64,000 nt of DNA from an uncultured Lachnospiraceae bacterium. Lineage in GTDB: Bacteria; Bacillota; Clostridia; Lachnospirales; Lachnospiraceae. The notes beneath the pieces were generated by a model. That model was not told the DNA's origin and ran no database searches. It saw only the letters and a program-made list of their open reading frames with translations. The position numbers and the translations under genes are program-made. The DNA is taken from assembly GCA_946405625.1 (NCBI GenBank), contig CAMJHQ010000013.1:6037-70036 (forward strand). The letters are read 5' to 3'. Below are positions 18,867 through 28,692 of this stretch, piece after piece. How positions within the stretch are numbered: position 1 is the stretch's first letter; each line of letters opens with the position of its first letter.

Positions 18867-20666
18867 CTATCGCATCTCGATGACCTTTCCTCTGGTATTA
18901 GAGTATATCACATTTCCGAGATTATCAAAAAATACCTTATTACTGTCATATATATCCGTATTCTGGATACAGATATACTTATAATCTCTGAAATCGGTAC
19001 TCTGCACCTGATTCACATCATTCAGCTGAGCAACCTCATTATCTGTCAGCTTTGCAAACCAGTGAGTATATATAAATCCGCCTACTGCAAGAATTTCTGT
19101 CTCTTCCTTATCCGTTTCGATATTGTAGCGGACATACTCCATAAGTGCAATATCATCCGAGTTTATATCACCTGAATATTTTACGAATTCCTCATTAAAA
19201 TAATAAATATCCAGAAAACTCTCTGCGCCCACTCGAAGGAATCTGTCATTCTTCTCGTTGATCTTTGCATCGGCACCCGTAAGTATCATAACTATGAGTA
19301 TCAGAAGAACAACCTCAAATCCGATAAAGATTTCCTTCGCTTTCTCCCACATTTCCGATGCTGTGATCATAACGAAAGCCCAAGCAAGAAGTGCAAATAC
19401 ATTATTGTTCTTCACATAATAATATACCGATACATAGCCCTTCATTGCAAAGAAGAACATTACCGCCGCAAAGATAAGCATTACAACAAATACCGAAGGA
19501 AGTACTATATGCGCGCCCTTCAGATCCGCATCTTCACTCTTATCCTTCTGCTTCCTGATCGACATCATGATGCCCGCAATTATAAATGGCATAAGCATTA
19601 TGAAATTAGAATACATATCATTATAGCATCCGCCATCCATCGCAATACCGCGCGAACCGTCTGCTGTTCCCGATGTTACGGTATCTCCCGAGATAAAAAG
19701 CAGATTCGATGCCGTGATAAGAAGTCCGTAAATGCTCGGCACAAGAAATACAAGCAGTCCTGTCTTTACAGTCTTTCCGGAGAAGAGCTTCTTCTCTCTC
19801 TTCATCTTCACAGCTATTCCGACGAGCACACCGGTAAAGATTGCCGGAACAAAGAGCATATAACAGAGGAAGAGGCCTGCAAGTCCGAAATTAAGCATAA
19901 GATACACATTTATCTTATCAAATTCATCTTCGACAAGCAGAATGGCTGCATATATTATATATGCGATGAGCGATATGCTGAGTCCGAAATACGAAAATCC
20001 GAATATCAGTGAATAAAGCGGATAACCCAGCATGTAGATTACAGCTCCGACAACTCCGTAAACCTTAAGCCCCTTTGTCTTAAGGAAGCTGCTGATCAAA
20101 ATATAGAAAAATACTCCGGACATAAAGAAATATCCGATTTCCCATAACAGGAAGGTTCTGTACATATAGAACTCACCTGTGATCGGAAGTCCCGCTTCCA
20201 TCGGAAGTGCGGATGTGACTATAGAGAAGAACATATTTGTTAGACTCCTATGTTCGAAAACCATAGTCTTTATGATACCGTATGTGGTGGCACTGTCCAT
20301 CGATGCAAAGCTGATATCATGTCCGAGAGCAAATCTCTTCGAGTATATCACTCCGGCAACCAGAAACATTATGAAAAAAGCCAGAGCATCCGCTTTATCT
20401 ATATAATATTTCTGTGATCCGTTCTTTATAACATCAATCCAGATAAGCACAGCCAGTGCGGAGTTCCAAATTCCGACAGTCATGATACTTATGGATAAAT
20501 GTGCAAGATAAAATATCCCGGCTCCAACAGCCTGAACTGCAAAAGATGTCATTACAGACATTGCGATCCAGATCAGTGCACTGAGTTTCTTCCCGCTTTT
20601 ATGCAGCATAAAAATACCGGATAGAAGCGCTAAATATGAAATTACATAGAAAATACTCTGCGGCAT
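18867..20666 (-). CDS. Uncharacterised polytopic membrane protein with a soluble C-terminal domain (possible GT-C-like enzyme or polymerase)
   Basis: 599 aa: about 13 predicted TM helices over the first 470 aa or so, then a roughly 130-aa hydrophilic domain. No family recognised. Embedded in the glycan operon. Confidence 0.55.
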   Translation of the reverse strand: MPQSIFYVISYLALLSGIFMLHKSGKKLSALIWIAMSVMTSFAVQAVGAGIFYLAHLSISIMTVGIWNSALAVLIWIDVIKNGSQKYYIDKADALAFFIMFLVAGVIYSKRFALGHDISFASMDSATTYGIIKTMVFEHRSLTNMFFSIVTSALPMEAGLPITGEFYMYRTFLLWEIGYFFMSGVFFYILISSFLKTKGLKVYGVVGAVIYMLGYPLYSLIFGFSYFGLSISLIAYIIYAAILLVEDEFDKINVYLMLNFGLAGLFLCYMLFVPAIFTGVLVGIAVKMKREKKLFSGKTVKTGLLVFLVPSIYGLLITASNLLFISGDTVTSGTADGSRGIAMDGGCYNDMYSNFIMLMPFIIAGIMMSIRKQKDKSEDADLKGAHIVLPSVFVVMLIFAAVMFFFAMKGYVSVYYYVKNNNVFALLAWAFVMITASEMWEKAKEIFIGFEVVLLILIVMILTGADAKINEKNDRFLRVGAESFLDIYYFNEEFVKYSGDINSDDIALMEYVRYNIETDKEETEILAVGGFIYTHWFAKLTDNEVAQLNDVNQVQSTDFRDYKYICIQNTDIYDSNKVFFDNLGNVIYSNTRGKVIEMR

Positions 20667-20669
20667 AGA

Positions 20670-22067
20670 TTATCCCCAATATCTTATAAACAGAATTCTT
20701 AGAACAAGTACTATCGACAATACATAATAACATGCCTGTACGATCGTATATCTCTTTGTACTCGCGGCTTCATTGCCGCGTCCGAGAGATATGCAGAGCA
20801 TCGGCAGGAAAGGAATAAAATATCTTCCCTGTACTCCGAGCATATAGTCAATCTGATAGAGGTAAGCCCTGAACTCTGCAACGCCTACATCAAGATTAAA
20901 TCCGGCCAGGAAGAAGCTCCACGATACCATACTGATAAATATAAAAACAAACATCATTCCCGAAAGGAGCACAAGATATATCCTGTTTCCGATCGTAAAA
21001 TCTTCCTGCAGTTCGATACTCTTCTTCGACTGAAACAGATTCACATAGAAAAGCATCATGAAGAATATAGTAACAAATGTATACGAAACTCCGCTGTCCA
21101 GCCAGCCGAAACTGCCGACCATAGTCTGAAGATAAAAATCCTTATAACCAAGAAGAGTATTCTTAAAAAGCAGATATGATCGTCCAGGCTGAAGAACACT
21201 CGCATAGAGTATCTTCACATATCTGAAATCTCTGCATAGAATTCCGAGTGTTACCGCGATTGCCGCAAGAATGACAATAAAAAGTATCTTATACTTCTTA
21301 ATAAACTGTGCCAGATCAAACTTCTTTCCGATCATAAGACTGAATCTGTCAAGCGGTACAATGAAGATTCCGAAAGCAACAAGAATATAGATTTCTTTTG
21401 CTACCAGTACCACTCCCGTCATCAGTGCGAAAATAATCATCTCCTTCCAGCCGACCTTCTTCTCTCTTGTCTTGAAGTCAAAGATCATTGCTGTAATAAG
21501 AAATGATAATGCATTTACCGTAACATCAGGACTGAACGAACCTGCTTCCTGCATAGCCATAGGCATCAGCATTATAAACATCAGTACTTCTTTCTTGAAC
21601 GGCATCTTCTTAAGTGCTATAAGACATATCAGGATATAGAAGATAAGCGCCGTAAGTTCACCCAGCTGATGGCATATCAGTATCGGAAGCCTGAGCAGAA
21701 CTCCCGCAAAGAAGCCAACTGCCTGCGGAATAAATCTCACCGCTGTGATCCCGGGTTTAAAACCGTATCCGAAAAGTCCCTCCGAATATGATTTCATTCC
21801 GTTATCCATATAAGCATTTCCGTCTACCGGCCTTATATCTCCCGAATTAAAGCTGTCAAGTCCGGAAGGTCTGAAGAATTCATTCAGATCTTCGCCGTAC
21901 ATTTTCTCAGCACCGTATGCCCTGAGCATAAGTTCAAAATGTGTATATTCATCAGGCACCTGAGATACAGGTATGATAAGAGACATCATGAGTCCGAAGA
22001 CCGAAGCCGCTATAACGAAAAAAATGTATATATTAAATTTAATCTTTTTCTTATTATTATCCATCAT
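20670..22067 (-). CDS. DUF2142-type polytopic membrane protein (GtrC-like/GT-C-like), paralog B
   Basis: SQVPDEYTHFELM motif after TM1 and many TM helices. Clearly paralogous to the upstream gene, for example MPFKKEVLMF(I/V)MLMPMA and GVQGRYFIP. The ATG at 22067 overlaps the upstream TGA (TGATG). Confidence 0.7.
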   Translation of the reverse strand: MMDNNKKKIKFNIYIFFVIAASVFGLMMSLIIPVSQVPDEYTHFELMLRAYGAEKMYGEDLNEFFRPSGLDSFNSGDIRPVDGNAYMDNGMKSYSEGLFGYGFKPGITAVRFIPQAVGFFAGVLLRLPILICHQLGELTALIFYILICLIALKKMPFKKEVLMFIMLMPMAMQEAGSFSPDVTVNALSFLITAMIFDFKTREKKVGWKEMIIFALMTGVVLVAKEIYILVAFGIFIVPLDRFSLMIGKKFDLAQFIKKYKILFIVILAAIAVTLGILCRDFRYVKILYASVLQPGRSYLLFKNTLLGYKDFYLQTMVGSFGWLDSGVSYTFVTIFFMMLFYVNLFQSKKSIELQEDFTIGNRIYLVLLSGMMFVFIFISMVSWSFFLAGFNLDVGVAEFRAYLYQIDYMLGVQGRYFIPFLPMLCISLGRGNEAASTKRYTIVQACYYVLSIVLVLRILFIRYWG

Positions 22068-23464
22068 CAGCCCCAATATCTAAGCTTGATAAGATTTAAT
22101 GTATATATCATGGAAATCAGATAGAACGCAATCTGAGCACCTCTATATATCTTCCTGCTGTTATATTCATTCCCTTCAAAAAGCGAAACGAGAAGAATCG
22201 GAAGTATAGGGATAAAGTATCTTCCCTGCACTCCCTGTATGAATCCGGTATTCATAAGATATCCCCTATACTGGGACAGATCTGCACTAAGATCATATCC
22301 CGAAAGCTTGAATGACCATATCGTCATTGAACACATGATCAGCATAAAGATAAGAATAACAAGAAATATTAGATATATCCTGTTTTTAATATTCAGTACC
22401 CTCGCGCGTTCAATATCCTCACCGGATGTCATGATCGAGATATAAAGCATAAATACCATGAAGAAAACTATAAATGTATAAGGCACAAATGTATCCAGCC
22501 ATCCGAAGCATCCGACCATGGTCTGAAGATAAAAATCCTTGAGCATTCCAAGCGTTACTTTTATCAGCATCATAAACTTGATCGGATGACTCAATGTAGC
22601 AAGGAGCACCTTTACAGTCTCATTTCCTCTGAAAAGATAAAGTCCTGCCGCCGCAGCTGCGACGATCAGTAAAGCCACTACTATCTTATATTTTCTGACA
22701 AAGCTCTGAAGTTCAAACTTTCTGCCGATCGGCAGTCTGAACTTATCAGCAGGAACTATAAGGATTCCCAGACAGAGCGGAATATATATCATCTTGCAGA
22801 TAAACAGTATAAGTGCAAGGATCATAAGTATTATCAGATCCTTCCAGCCAACCTTCTTATCTCTAACCTTAAAGTCCAGTATCATAGCCGTCATAAGAAA
22901 GGCTGAAGTATTCACCATAACATCGGGATTGATTGAGCCTGCCTGTTGAATCGCCATAGGCATCAGCATAACAAACATCAGCACTTCCTTTTTGAAAGGC
23001 ATTTTCTTCAGTGCTATTGTACATATCAGAATATAATATATCAGAGCCGTAAGCTCTGCCAGCTGATGGCATATAAGCATCGGAAGTCTGAAGAGCAGTC
23101 CCAGATGAAATCCCAAAGCTCCCGGAAGGAACTTGATGATACTCGGTGAGATATGCACCTTCAGATCTAAAAGCCCGTATGAATACTTCTTCATGCCGTC
23201 ACGGAAATATGCCTCTGTATTGAAGTCCGCTCTTTCCGACGCTACGCTTATGAGTCCGGAACTCTTATAGAACTCGTCTCTATCTTCCGGGTATAGCTTA
23301 TTTGTACCGCAGGCTTCAAGCATAAAACTGAAATGACTGTTCTCATCCGGAGTCTGTCCCACCGGTACAAGAAATGACATTATAAGTCCCCAGACTGCGG
23401 CTGTCACGATAAAGAATATATAGATATTCGGTTTTACATCTCTTCCTCTGATCTTCATATCCAT
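22067..23464 (-). CDS. DUF2142-type polytopic membrane protein (GtrC-like/GT-C-like), paralog A
   Basis: GQTPDENSHFSFM motif after TM1. 465 aa and polytopic. Paralog of 20670-22067. Confidence 0.7.
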   Translation of the reverse strand: MDMKIRGRDVKPNIYIFFIVTAAVWGLIMSFLVPVGQTPDENSHFSFMLEACGTNKLYPEDRDEFYKSSGLISVASERADFNTEAYFRDGMKKYSYGLLDLKVHISPSIIKFLPGALGFHLGLLFRLPMLICHQLAELTALIYYILICTIALKKMPFKKEVLMFVMLMPMAIQQAGSINPDVMVNTSAFLMTAMILDFKVRDKKVGWKDLIILMILALILFICKMIYIPLCLGILIVPADKFRLPIGRKFELQSFVRKYKIVVALLIVAAAAAGLYLFRGNETVKVLLATLSHPIKFMMLIKVTLGMLKDFYLQTMVGCFGWLDTFVPYTFIVFFMVFMLYISIMTSGEDIERARVLNIKNRIYLIFLVILIFMLIMCSMTIWSFKLSGYDLSADLSQYRGYLMNTGFIQGVQGRYFIPILPILLVSLFEGNEYNSRKIYRGAQIAFYLISMIYTLNLIKLRYWG

Positions 23465-23485
23465 ACTTCCGAATTATCGAACATA

Positions 23486-23920
23486 TTACTCACTCTTTTT
23501 CTTACGAAATACCAGCAGCTTACTGAATACGTAATTCGCAACGGTTACAACAACCTGAACAAAGAGCTTAACAATCTTATCGTTAAAATGCAGGCATGTT
23601 ACTCCGACAAACATTATTCCCATATCCATCAGAAGCGTTCCGACTCTTGCTCCGTAAAACCTGACAGCTTCCTTCATTGATTCGCTGCCTTTGGCTTTAC
23701 TTTCAAAAACATATTTCTTATTGGCAAAGAAAGCAAATGTCACTGCACATATCCATGATATTATATTTACAATCTGAAGCTGGACGGGATTCTCCGGATC
23801 AAAGATCGTTAATACCAGTCCATAGTACACTCCGAGACTTACTACTGTCGTAAGTCCTCCGACTATAAGATAATTTATTATTTCCTTATGCTTCAGATAT
23901 AAATCCTTTAGCTTCTTCAT
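23486..23920 (-). CDS. GtrA family protein (putative lipid-linked sugar flippase)
   Basis: 144 aa with 4 TM helices. INYLIVGGLTTVVSLGVYY and FFANKKYVF are GtrA-like. Confidence 0.8.
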   Translation of the reverse strand: MKKLKDLYLKHKEIINYLIVGGLTTVVSLGVYYGLVLTIFDPENPVQLQIVNIISWICAVTFAFFANKKYVFESKAKGSESMKEAVRFYGARVGTLLMDMGIMFVGVTCLHFNDKIVKLFVQVVVTVANYVFSKLLVFRKKKSE

Positions 23921-23933
23921 TTGTATGACCTTC

Positions 23934-26618
23934 CTACAGCTTCAGCGAGAAATCCTGTCTTTCGAGCGAAAGGTTCGGATTATAATACGGATCACCCTTT
24001 GAAAGGATATCTCCCCAATTCTGCTGAAGATGTGTTACCTCTCTTCTGAATCTTTCCTTCTTCTCTGCCGTATCCTCAAGTCCTCTGGATTTAGATTCAT
24101 AATGATGGAATCTTGCCCAAGCGTCATATACTATGAGAAGTCCGAGTCTCCTGATCCTGAGACAGAAATCTATATCATTAAAAGCAACCTTGAAGGTTTC
24201 ATCAAGACCGTTCAGTTTCTCAAATACATCTCTTCTCACCATAAGGCATGCAGCCGTAACAGCACTGTAATCCGATGTCATCTTTGAACGGTTGAAATAA
24301 ACCGATCCCGGTTCCTCTGACTGTGCAACAAAACAGTGGCCCGCTATTCCGCCGAATCCCATAACTACACCGGCATGCTGAAGTGTATCGTCATTATAGT
24401 AAAGTCTTGCTCCTACCGCTCCCACATCCGGTCTCTTACAGAAACCGAGCATATCGGCAATCGCATCCGGATTTATCATCTCGGTATCATTATTAAGCAG
24501 CAGGAAGTAATCTCCCCTTGCACTCTTCGCACCGAAATTGTTTATAGCCGAATAATTGAATTCATCCTTCCAGTAAAGAACCTGTACATTTTCCCGTTTC
24601 TCCAGTTCCTTATAGAATTCAAAGGTTTCCGGTTCTGTACTGTTATTCTCAACTATAACAAATTCATAATCCTTAAATACCGAATACTTATCTATCGAAT
24701 CCATACATGTCTTAAGATCCGAGATATGATCCTTGTTCGGAATTATTATCGAAAGGAGCGGTGATGAATCATCAAGAGAGTAATGCACGTCATAATAACC
24801 GAGCTCGTCGCCCATCTCAACCACAGCTTTCAGTCCTCTTCTTTCAAGATGCGCTTCTATAGCCTTCTTTCCGGCTTCGAAGGCATATAGCTTGGCCTTC
24901 GGATCGGACGCTGTAGATGCGGCGATGGTTCTCCAATGATAGAGTGCCTTCGGAATATGATATATTTTATATCTGCCATAGGATGAAGTAAGTTCTTTCT
25001 TCTCTTCTTCATCTGAATCCGGTGCGGAATCTGCCTTTCCTTCGTTCGATCCCAAGCTTCCCGGTCCTGCCGCACGCTCTTCTTCTGCAGCCTTGTTCCA
25101 CTCTTCAAGCTTATCGACACATCTCAGATTGAAATCATAATCCTGTGCCCCGTCAAACTCTTTTCGGAGCATTCCGACTTCATCCAGAAGCTTCTTCGAA
25201 ACAACTACCATATGGCAGAAATAGTTGACCGATCTCAGAAAATCTATGTTAAAGTCAGGCTTAAAGTGAGGCATACTGTAAACCTTACCTGCCTCATCTA
25301 TCTTATCTTCATCTGTATAGATAAAATGAACAGAATCCTCTTTCTCCTCATTTATAAGCTTTACGCATTCATATAAAGCATTCGGTGCAAGCAGATCATC
25401 ATGATCACAGAATATGACATAATCTCCATTAACTTCCTTCAAAGCCTGGTTCGTATTATCGGCAAGTCCAAGAGGTCCTCCGTCCTTCGGAGCTATATAT
25501 CTTATTCTCTCATCTCCGTCAGAAAGCTTTTCAACTATCTTACTGAGCCTTGTTGTATCCCAGCTTCCGTCTGCAAGACACAGTTCCCATTTACTGTAGG
25601 TCTGAGCCTTTACGGATTCTACAAGCTCCTTCAGAAGTCCTTCGGGAGTCTCATACATAGGTACTACAATACTGAACTTCGGTTTCAGACTGAATAAAGC
25701 TTCATCATCCCGCTCTTTCTTCAGCATTTCTTCAGTCGGAATATAATCCAGTCTCCACTTGTTATAATCCATTTCTCTGCTGAACTTTTTTCCCGGAAGC
25801 AGCTTACGTGCAGCCTTTCTCATAGTTCCCGCAAACCCTATGGTATTAAGGTTATATTCAACCGTCTGCCACAGCAGTCTTGCACGGTTTCTGATCATTC
25901 TCTTTGAAGAATTCTCAACTGCATTTATATTTACTATCTTCTTTTTTCTTTTTGTCTGAATTAGAAGCTTCAGCTTCTCCTCATTTGTATATGCTGTAAG
26001 CTTGAAGCCGTATTTCGCTTCTCTGTCACATTCCGGAAGAAATTCCATCGCATCTGTTCTTACATCCCATTCAACCTCTGATGCAAGACGGATTCCGTGA
26101 TTATCCTCAACCTTGTAGAGACCTATTCTTGTCTCATCTCTTTCTGCCGCCCATCCTGTGATCTTAAGCTCTCCGTTTTCTTTACTTATATCATCGACTA
26201 CACAGTTAAGCTTGCTCAATCTGTTTCTGATGAAAGACAGCGTGCATGTGAAGACCATGTCCTTTCCAATATCCGCGTCTTCTATATAAACCGACATATG
26301 ACCTGCGGTTTTCTTCGCACTTCCATGTACTCCGTATGTTTCTCCGTAGCCGAGCCACTGTTTTAGATTGGCATTCAGATTGATATAGAAAAATGTCATA
26401 TATCTGAGTGTTGTTCCCGATCTGAATGCAGCAAAAATAGGCGACAGCTTCTTCGTCATTACCTTCGCCTTGATATGCTCTTTAGTCTTCCCCGATTCAA
26501 AGACTATTTCAGCCTCATCGGTATCCATAAAAGCTTCGTTTGTATATCCCTGAAGAACAATAGTACTATCATCTTCCAGGTGATCTCTGATATTGTCAAA
26601 ACTGAATCTTCTAACCAA
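23934..26618 (-). CDS. Large multidomain glycosyltransferase with two GT2 domains
   Basis: Two GT-A modules, FSIVVPMYETPEGLLKELVESVKAQTY...LADGS and LLSIIIPNKDHISDLKTCMDSI...VIVENNS...LLLNNDTE, preceded by an N-terminal domain of about 290 aa with no recognised family. Probable TTG start at 26618 with GGGAG 8 nt upstream. Confidence 0.8.
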   Translation of the reverse strand: MVRRFSFDNIRDHLEDDSTIVLQGYTNEAFMDTDEAEIVFESGKTKEHIKAKVMTKKLSPIFAAFRSGTTLRYMTFFYINLNANLKQWLGYGETYGVHGSAKKTAGHMSVYIEDADIGKDMVFTCTLSFIRNRLSKLNCVVDDISKENGELKITGWAAERDETRIGLYKVEDNHGIRLASEVEWDVRTDAMEFLPECDREAKYGFKLTAYTNEEKLKLLIQTKRKKKIVNINAVENSSKRMIRNRARLLWQTVEYNLNTIGFAGTMRKAARKLLPGKKFSREMDYNKWRLDYIPTEEMLKKERDDEALFSLKPKFSIVVPMYETPEGLLKELVESVKAQTYSKWELCLADGSWDTTRLSKIVEKLSDGDERIRYIAPKDGGPLGLADNTNQALKEVNGDYVIFCDHDDLLAPNALYECVKLINEEKEDSVHFIYTDEDKIDEAGKVYSMPHFKPDFNIDFLRSVNYFCHMVVVSKKLLDEVGMLRKEFDGAQDYDFNLRCVDKLEEWNKAAEEERAAGPGSLGSNEGKADSAPDSDEEEKKELTSSYGRYKIYHIPKALYHWRTIAASTASDPKAKLYAFEAGKKAIEAHLERRGLKAVVEMGDELGYYDVHYSLDDSSPLLSIIIPNKDHISDLKTCMDSIDKYSVFKDYEFVIVENNSTEPETFEFYKELEKRENVQVLYWKDEFNYSAINNFGAKSARGDYFLLLNNDTEMINPDAIADMLGFCKRPDVGAVGARLYYNDDTLQHAGVVMGFGGIAGHCFVAQSEEPGSVYFNRSKMTSDYSAVTAACLMVRRDVFEKLNGLDETFKVAFNDIDFCLRIRRLGLLIVYDAWARFHHYESKSRGLEDTAEKKERFRREVTHLQQNWGDILSKGDPYYNPNLSLERQDFSLKL

Positions 26619-26631
26619 TTCCTCATCTCCC

Positions 26632-27399
26632 TTATGGCCGGTCTGCCATATATATTCTGAATCCTTCGAGATCTCCTATCTCGTGATATCCGAATTTATC
26701 CTGTATTGATACGTCCGCTGCCGGAGTAAGGACATCCAGAACGATAAACTCTATTCCTTTTCCTGCCGCAATTGCAAAGATATAATTATAATCCGGATTA
26801 TCACTTTCTATCTGGGCACTCATACCCGTACGTTCATCTGTTGTATAAACTATATATCCCTGAACATCCCTTCCGTACATCATTTCGATATTTCCGCTGT
26901 ATTGTCTTGCATAAATGTAAAGCGGTTCAGGAAGGATGGTACTCGGACTGTCATCTAACGAAAGTATCTTATCGAATACATTTACGGCATATTGCGGAAC
27001 CTTATACGGATTATCGGCAGTATAGAAACCACCGTTCTTATGTATATTTGTTCCGACCAGCATTATAACAACAGTAAGAAGCCCTATCACCGCTATCTTC
27101 TGTCTGTCACTCCGGAGCGATTCGACAAGTCTTGTCATCGCAAGTGCGATAATGAGAACCTCCGGGATCATCCAGAAAAGTCTCCAGAAGATAAGTTTGC
27201 TGAAAAGGAACTTATAGAGAACCGGATTTATGATTATAAAGATTAAAATGAAGACCGGCCAGATTATATGTCTGTCCTTCTTATAGAGCACAAAAAGACA
27301 TACGATAGATATGAGCAGCAGAGTCAGATATCCTCTGTCGCCATAAAAATCGCAGAAATAATCATATATGGTTGACATTATATTTTTCAGTGCTTCCAT
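26632..27399 (-). CDS. Hypothetical membrane protein with an extracytoplasmic C-terminal domain
   Basis: 255 aa with about 4 TM helices, then a hydrophilic domain. AGGA lies 8 nt before the ATG. Family not recognised. Confidence 0.55.
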   Translation of the reverse strand: MEALKNIMSTIYDYFCDFYGDRGYLTLLLISIVCLFVLYKKDRHIIWPVFILIFIIINPVLYKFLFSKLIFWRLFWMIPEVLIIALAMTRLVESLRSDRQKIAVIGLLTVVIMLVGTNIHKNGGFYTADNPYKVPQYAVNVFDKILSLDDSPSTILPEPLYIYARQYSGNIEMMYGRDVQGYIVYTTDERTGMSAQIESDNPDYNYIFAIAAGKGIEFIVLDVLTPAADVSIQDKFGYHEIGDLEGFRIYMADRP

Positions 27400-27445
27400 A
27401 ATAAAATCCTATCGTTAACGGTGAATCTATATATTCCTTTTGTGC

Positions 27446-27527
27446 TGTCCGATATATCTTGTAAGCTCGTTCTGTTTCCTGTCCGGTATGTCTTGTAAGC
27501 TCAATCTGTTTTCTGTCCGGTATATTT
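27446..27527. repeat. About 2.4 copies of a 34-bp tandem repeat in an intergenic spacer
   Basis: tgtccgatatatcttgtaagctcgttctgtttcc / tgtccggtatgtcttgtaagctcaatctgttttc / tgtccggtatattt... Confidence 0.85.
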
Positions 27528-27546
27528 ATATGCCATAATTTAGTGT

Positions 27547-28656
27547 TTAATTCTGCAGATACTTCATGTAATCCGTCATCTGGCTTATCATAAAGTAAAC
27601 TCCGGACGGTATGCAGCATATCATTGATAATATAAGTATCCTTATACTTTTCTTTGCAACAGCCGTATAAAGTCCGAAAGATGCAATCATCACTGCCGAC
27701 ATAACTATTCCCATAGCTGACATATGACACATCGACATTGCAGTCATAAGAAGTATTATCCAATAAGACCACTTTCTTCCGTCTTCATAAAGAAGCATGA
27801 ATGCGAAAACGATAAGCGGAACTCCGAAACCTGCAGCAACAGCCTTGCCCTGCCAGAGTCTCGACAAGATAAATGTCTCCGTGGATTGAACCGAATAAAA
27901 ACCGAAGAGGATGATCAGCTGAACAAAGTACATGAAAATCATCCTGTTTTTTCTTGCCTTACCGGGATCCGGATCGGCGAAAAGTCTGCTGCTGAGTCTC
28001 CAATATACAGAAAGTATCAGGAGATATAAGATAACATGCATTACGCTGTGTGCACTTGCAGCCGGCGACATTCCCGTTACAAAACCGGTATATGCGAGGA
28101 ATACTGACCACGATGACACTACATCCTTATAAAAATCCCCATATACAAGACTAAGCGGTGTACCTGATGTCGGATCTGTCTGAAGTATCTTATCTGTCCT
28201 CAGAATATCGACCGCATTTACAACATATCTTGTATCATCCGCATCCAGATGATAATATCTGATGATCTTATAGAATACATATGCGGTAAAAACCATCAGG
28301 AGTATAAAGAAAGCTGCAGTATATCTGTCCGCAAAATATTTCTTAAGTCGTTTTACCGTACCGCTGACTATATATTCCTCTCTGCTCGGCTTTGAAACAA
28401 CCGAACCGATAAGGAAGAATACTGCCGCCAGGGTAAGCACTGCTACTACCGTCCAGGCTATAAGTCTGAAAGAGCCCTTCATAAGAGTTACAGGTACTCC
28501 GAGAATCTGTACTGTAGTCCAGGTAAGAAGATATCCCAGAATAAAGCTTCCCGAAATAGTATTACGCACACGAAGAAGCCTTCCGAGCCCCGCGCCTGCA
28601 AGAGTCGGAAGAACGATAAGTGATATTAAGATCAGCAGCATATTCACTATACTCAT
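27547..28656 (-). CDS. Polytopic membrane protein with a DDxRY loop motif (GT-C-like candidate)
   Basis: 369 aa with about 10 TM helices. HLDADDTRYVVNAVDIL in the first large loop resembles the ArnT/PMT-type DExRY motif. This similarity was judged by eye. Confidence 0.55.
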   Translation of the reverse strand: MSIVNMLLILISLIVLPTLAGAGLGRLLRVRNTISGSFILGYLLTWTTVQILGVPVTLMKGSFRLIAWTVVAVLTLAAVFFLIGSVVSKPSREEYIVSGTVKRLKKYFADRYTAAFFILLMVFTAYVFYKIIRYYHLDADDTRYVVNAVDILRTDKILQTDPTSGTPLSLVYGDFYKDVVSSWSVFLAYTGFVTGMSPAASAHSVMHVILYLLILSVYWRLSSRLFADPDPGKARKNRMIFMYFVQLIILFGFYSVQSTETFILSRLWQGKAVAAGFGVPLIVFAFMLLYEDGRKWSYWIILLMTAMSMCHMSAMGIVMSAVMIASFGLYTAVAKKSIRILILSMICCIPSGVYFMISQMTDYMKYLQN

Positions 28657-28692
28657 TTCAAAACCTATCTCTCTCTTCTGTTTGTTTCTCTA

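Noticed and set aside
27362-27772. 136-aa minus-strand ORF bridging the two membrane-protein genes, and the idea that 26632-28656 is one gene with a single nonsense mutation
   Set aside because: The bridging ORF is in a different frame from both flanking genes and overlaps their TM-coding regions. The same-frame spacer between the two genes has five in-frame stops, so a simple point-mutation pseudogene is not supported.
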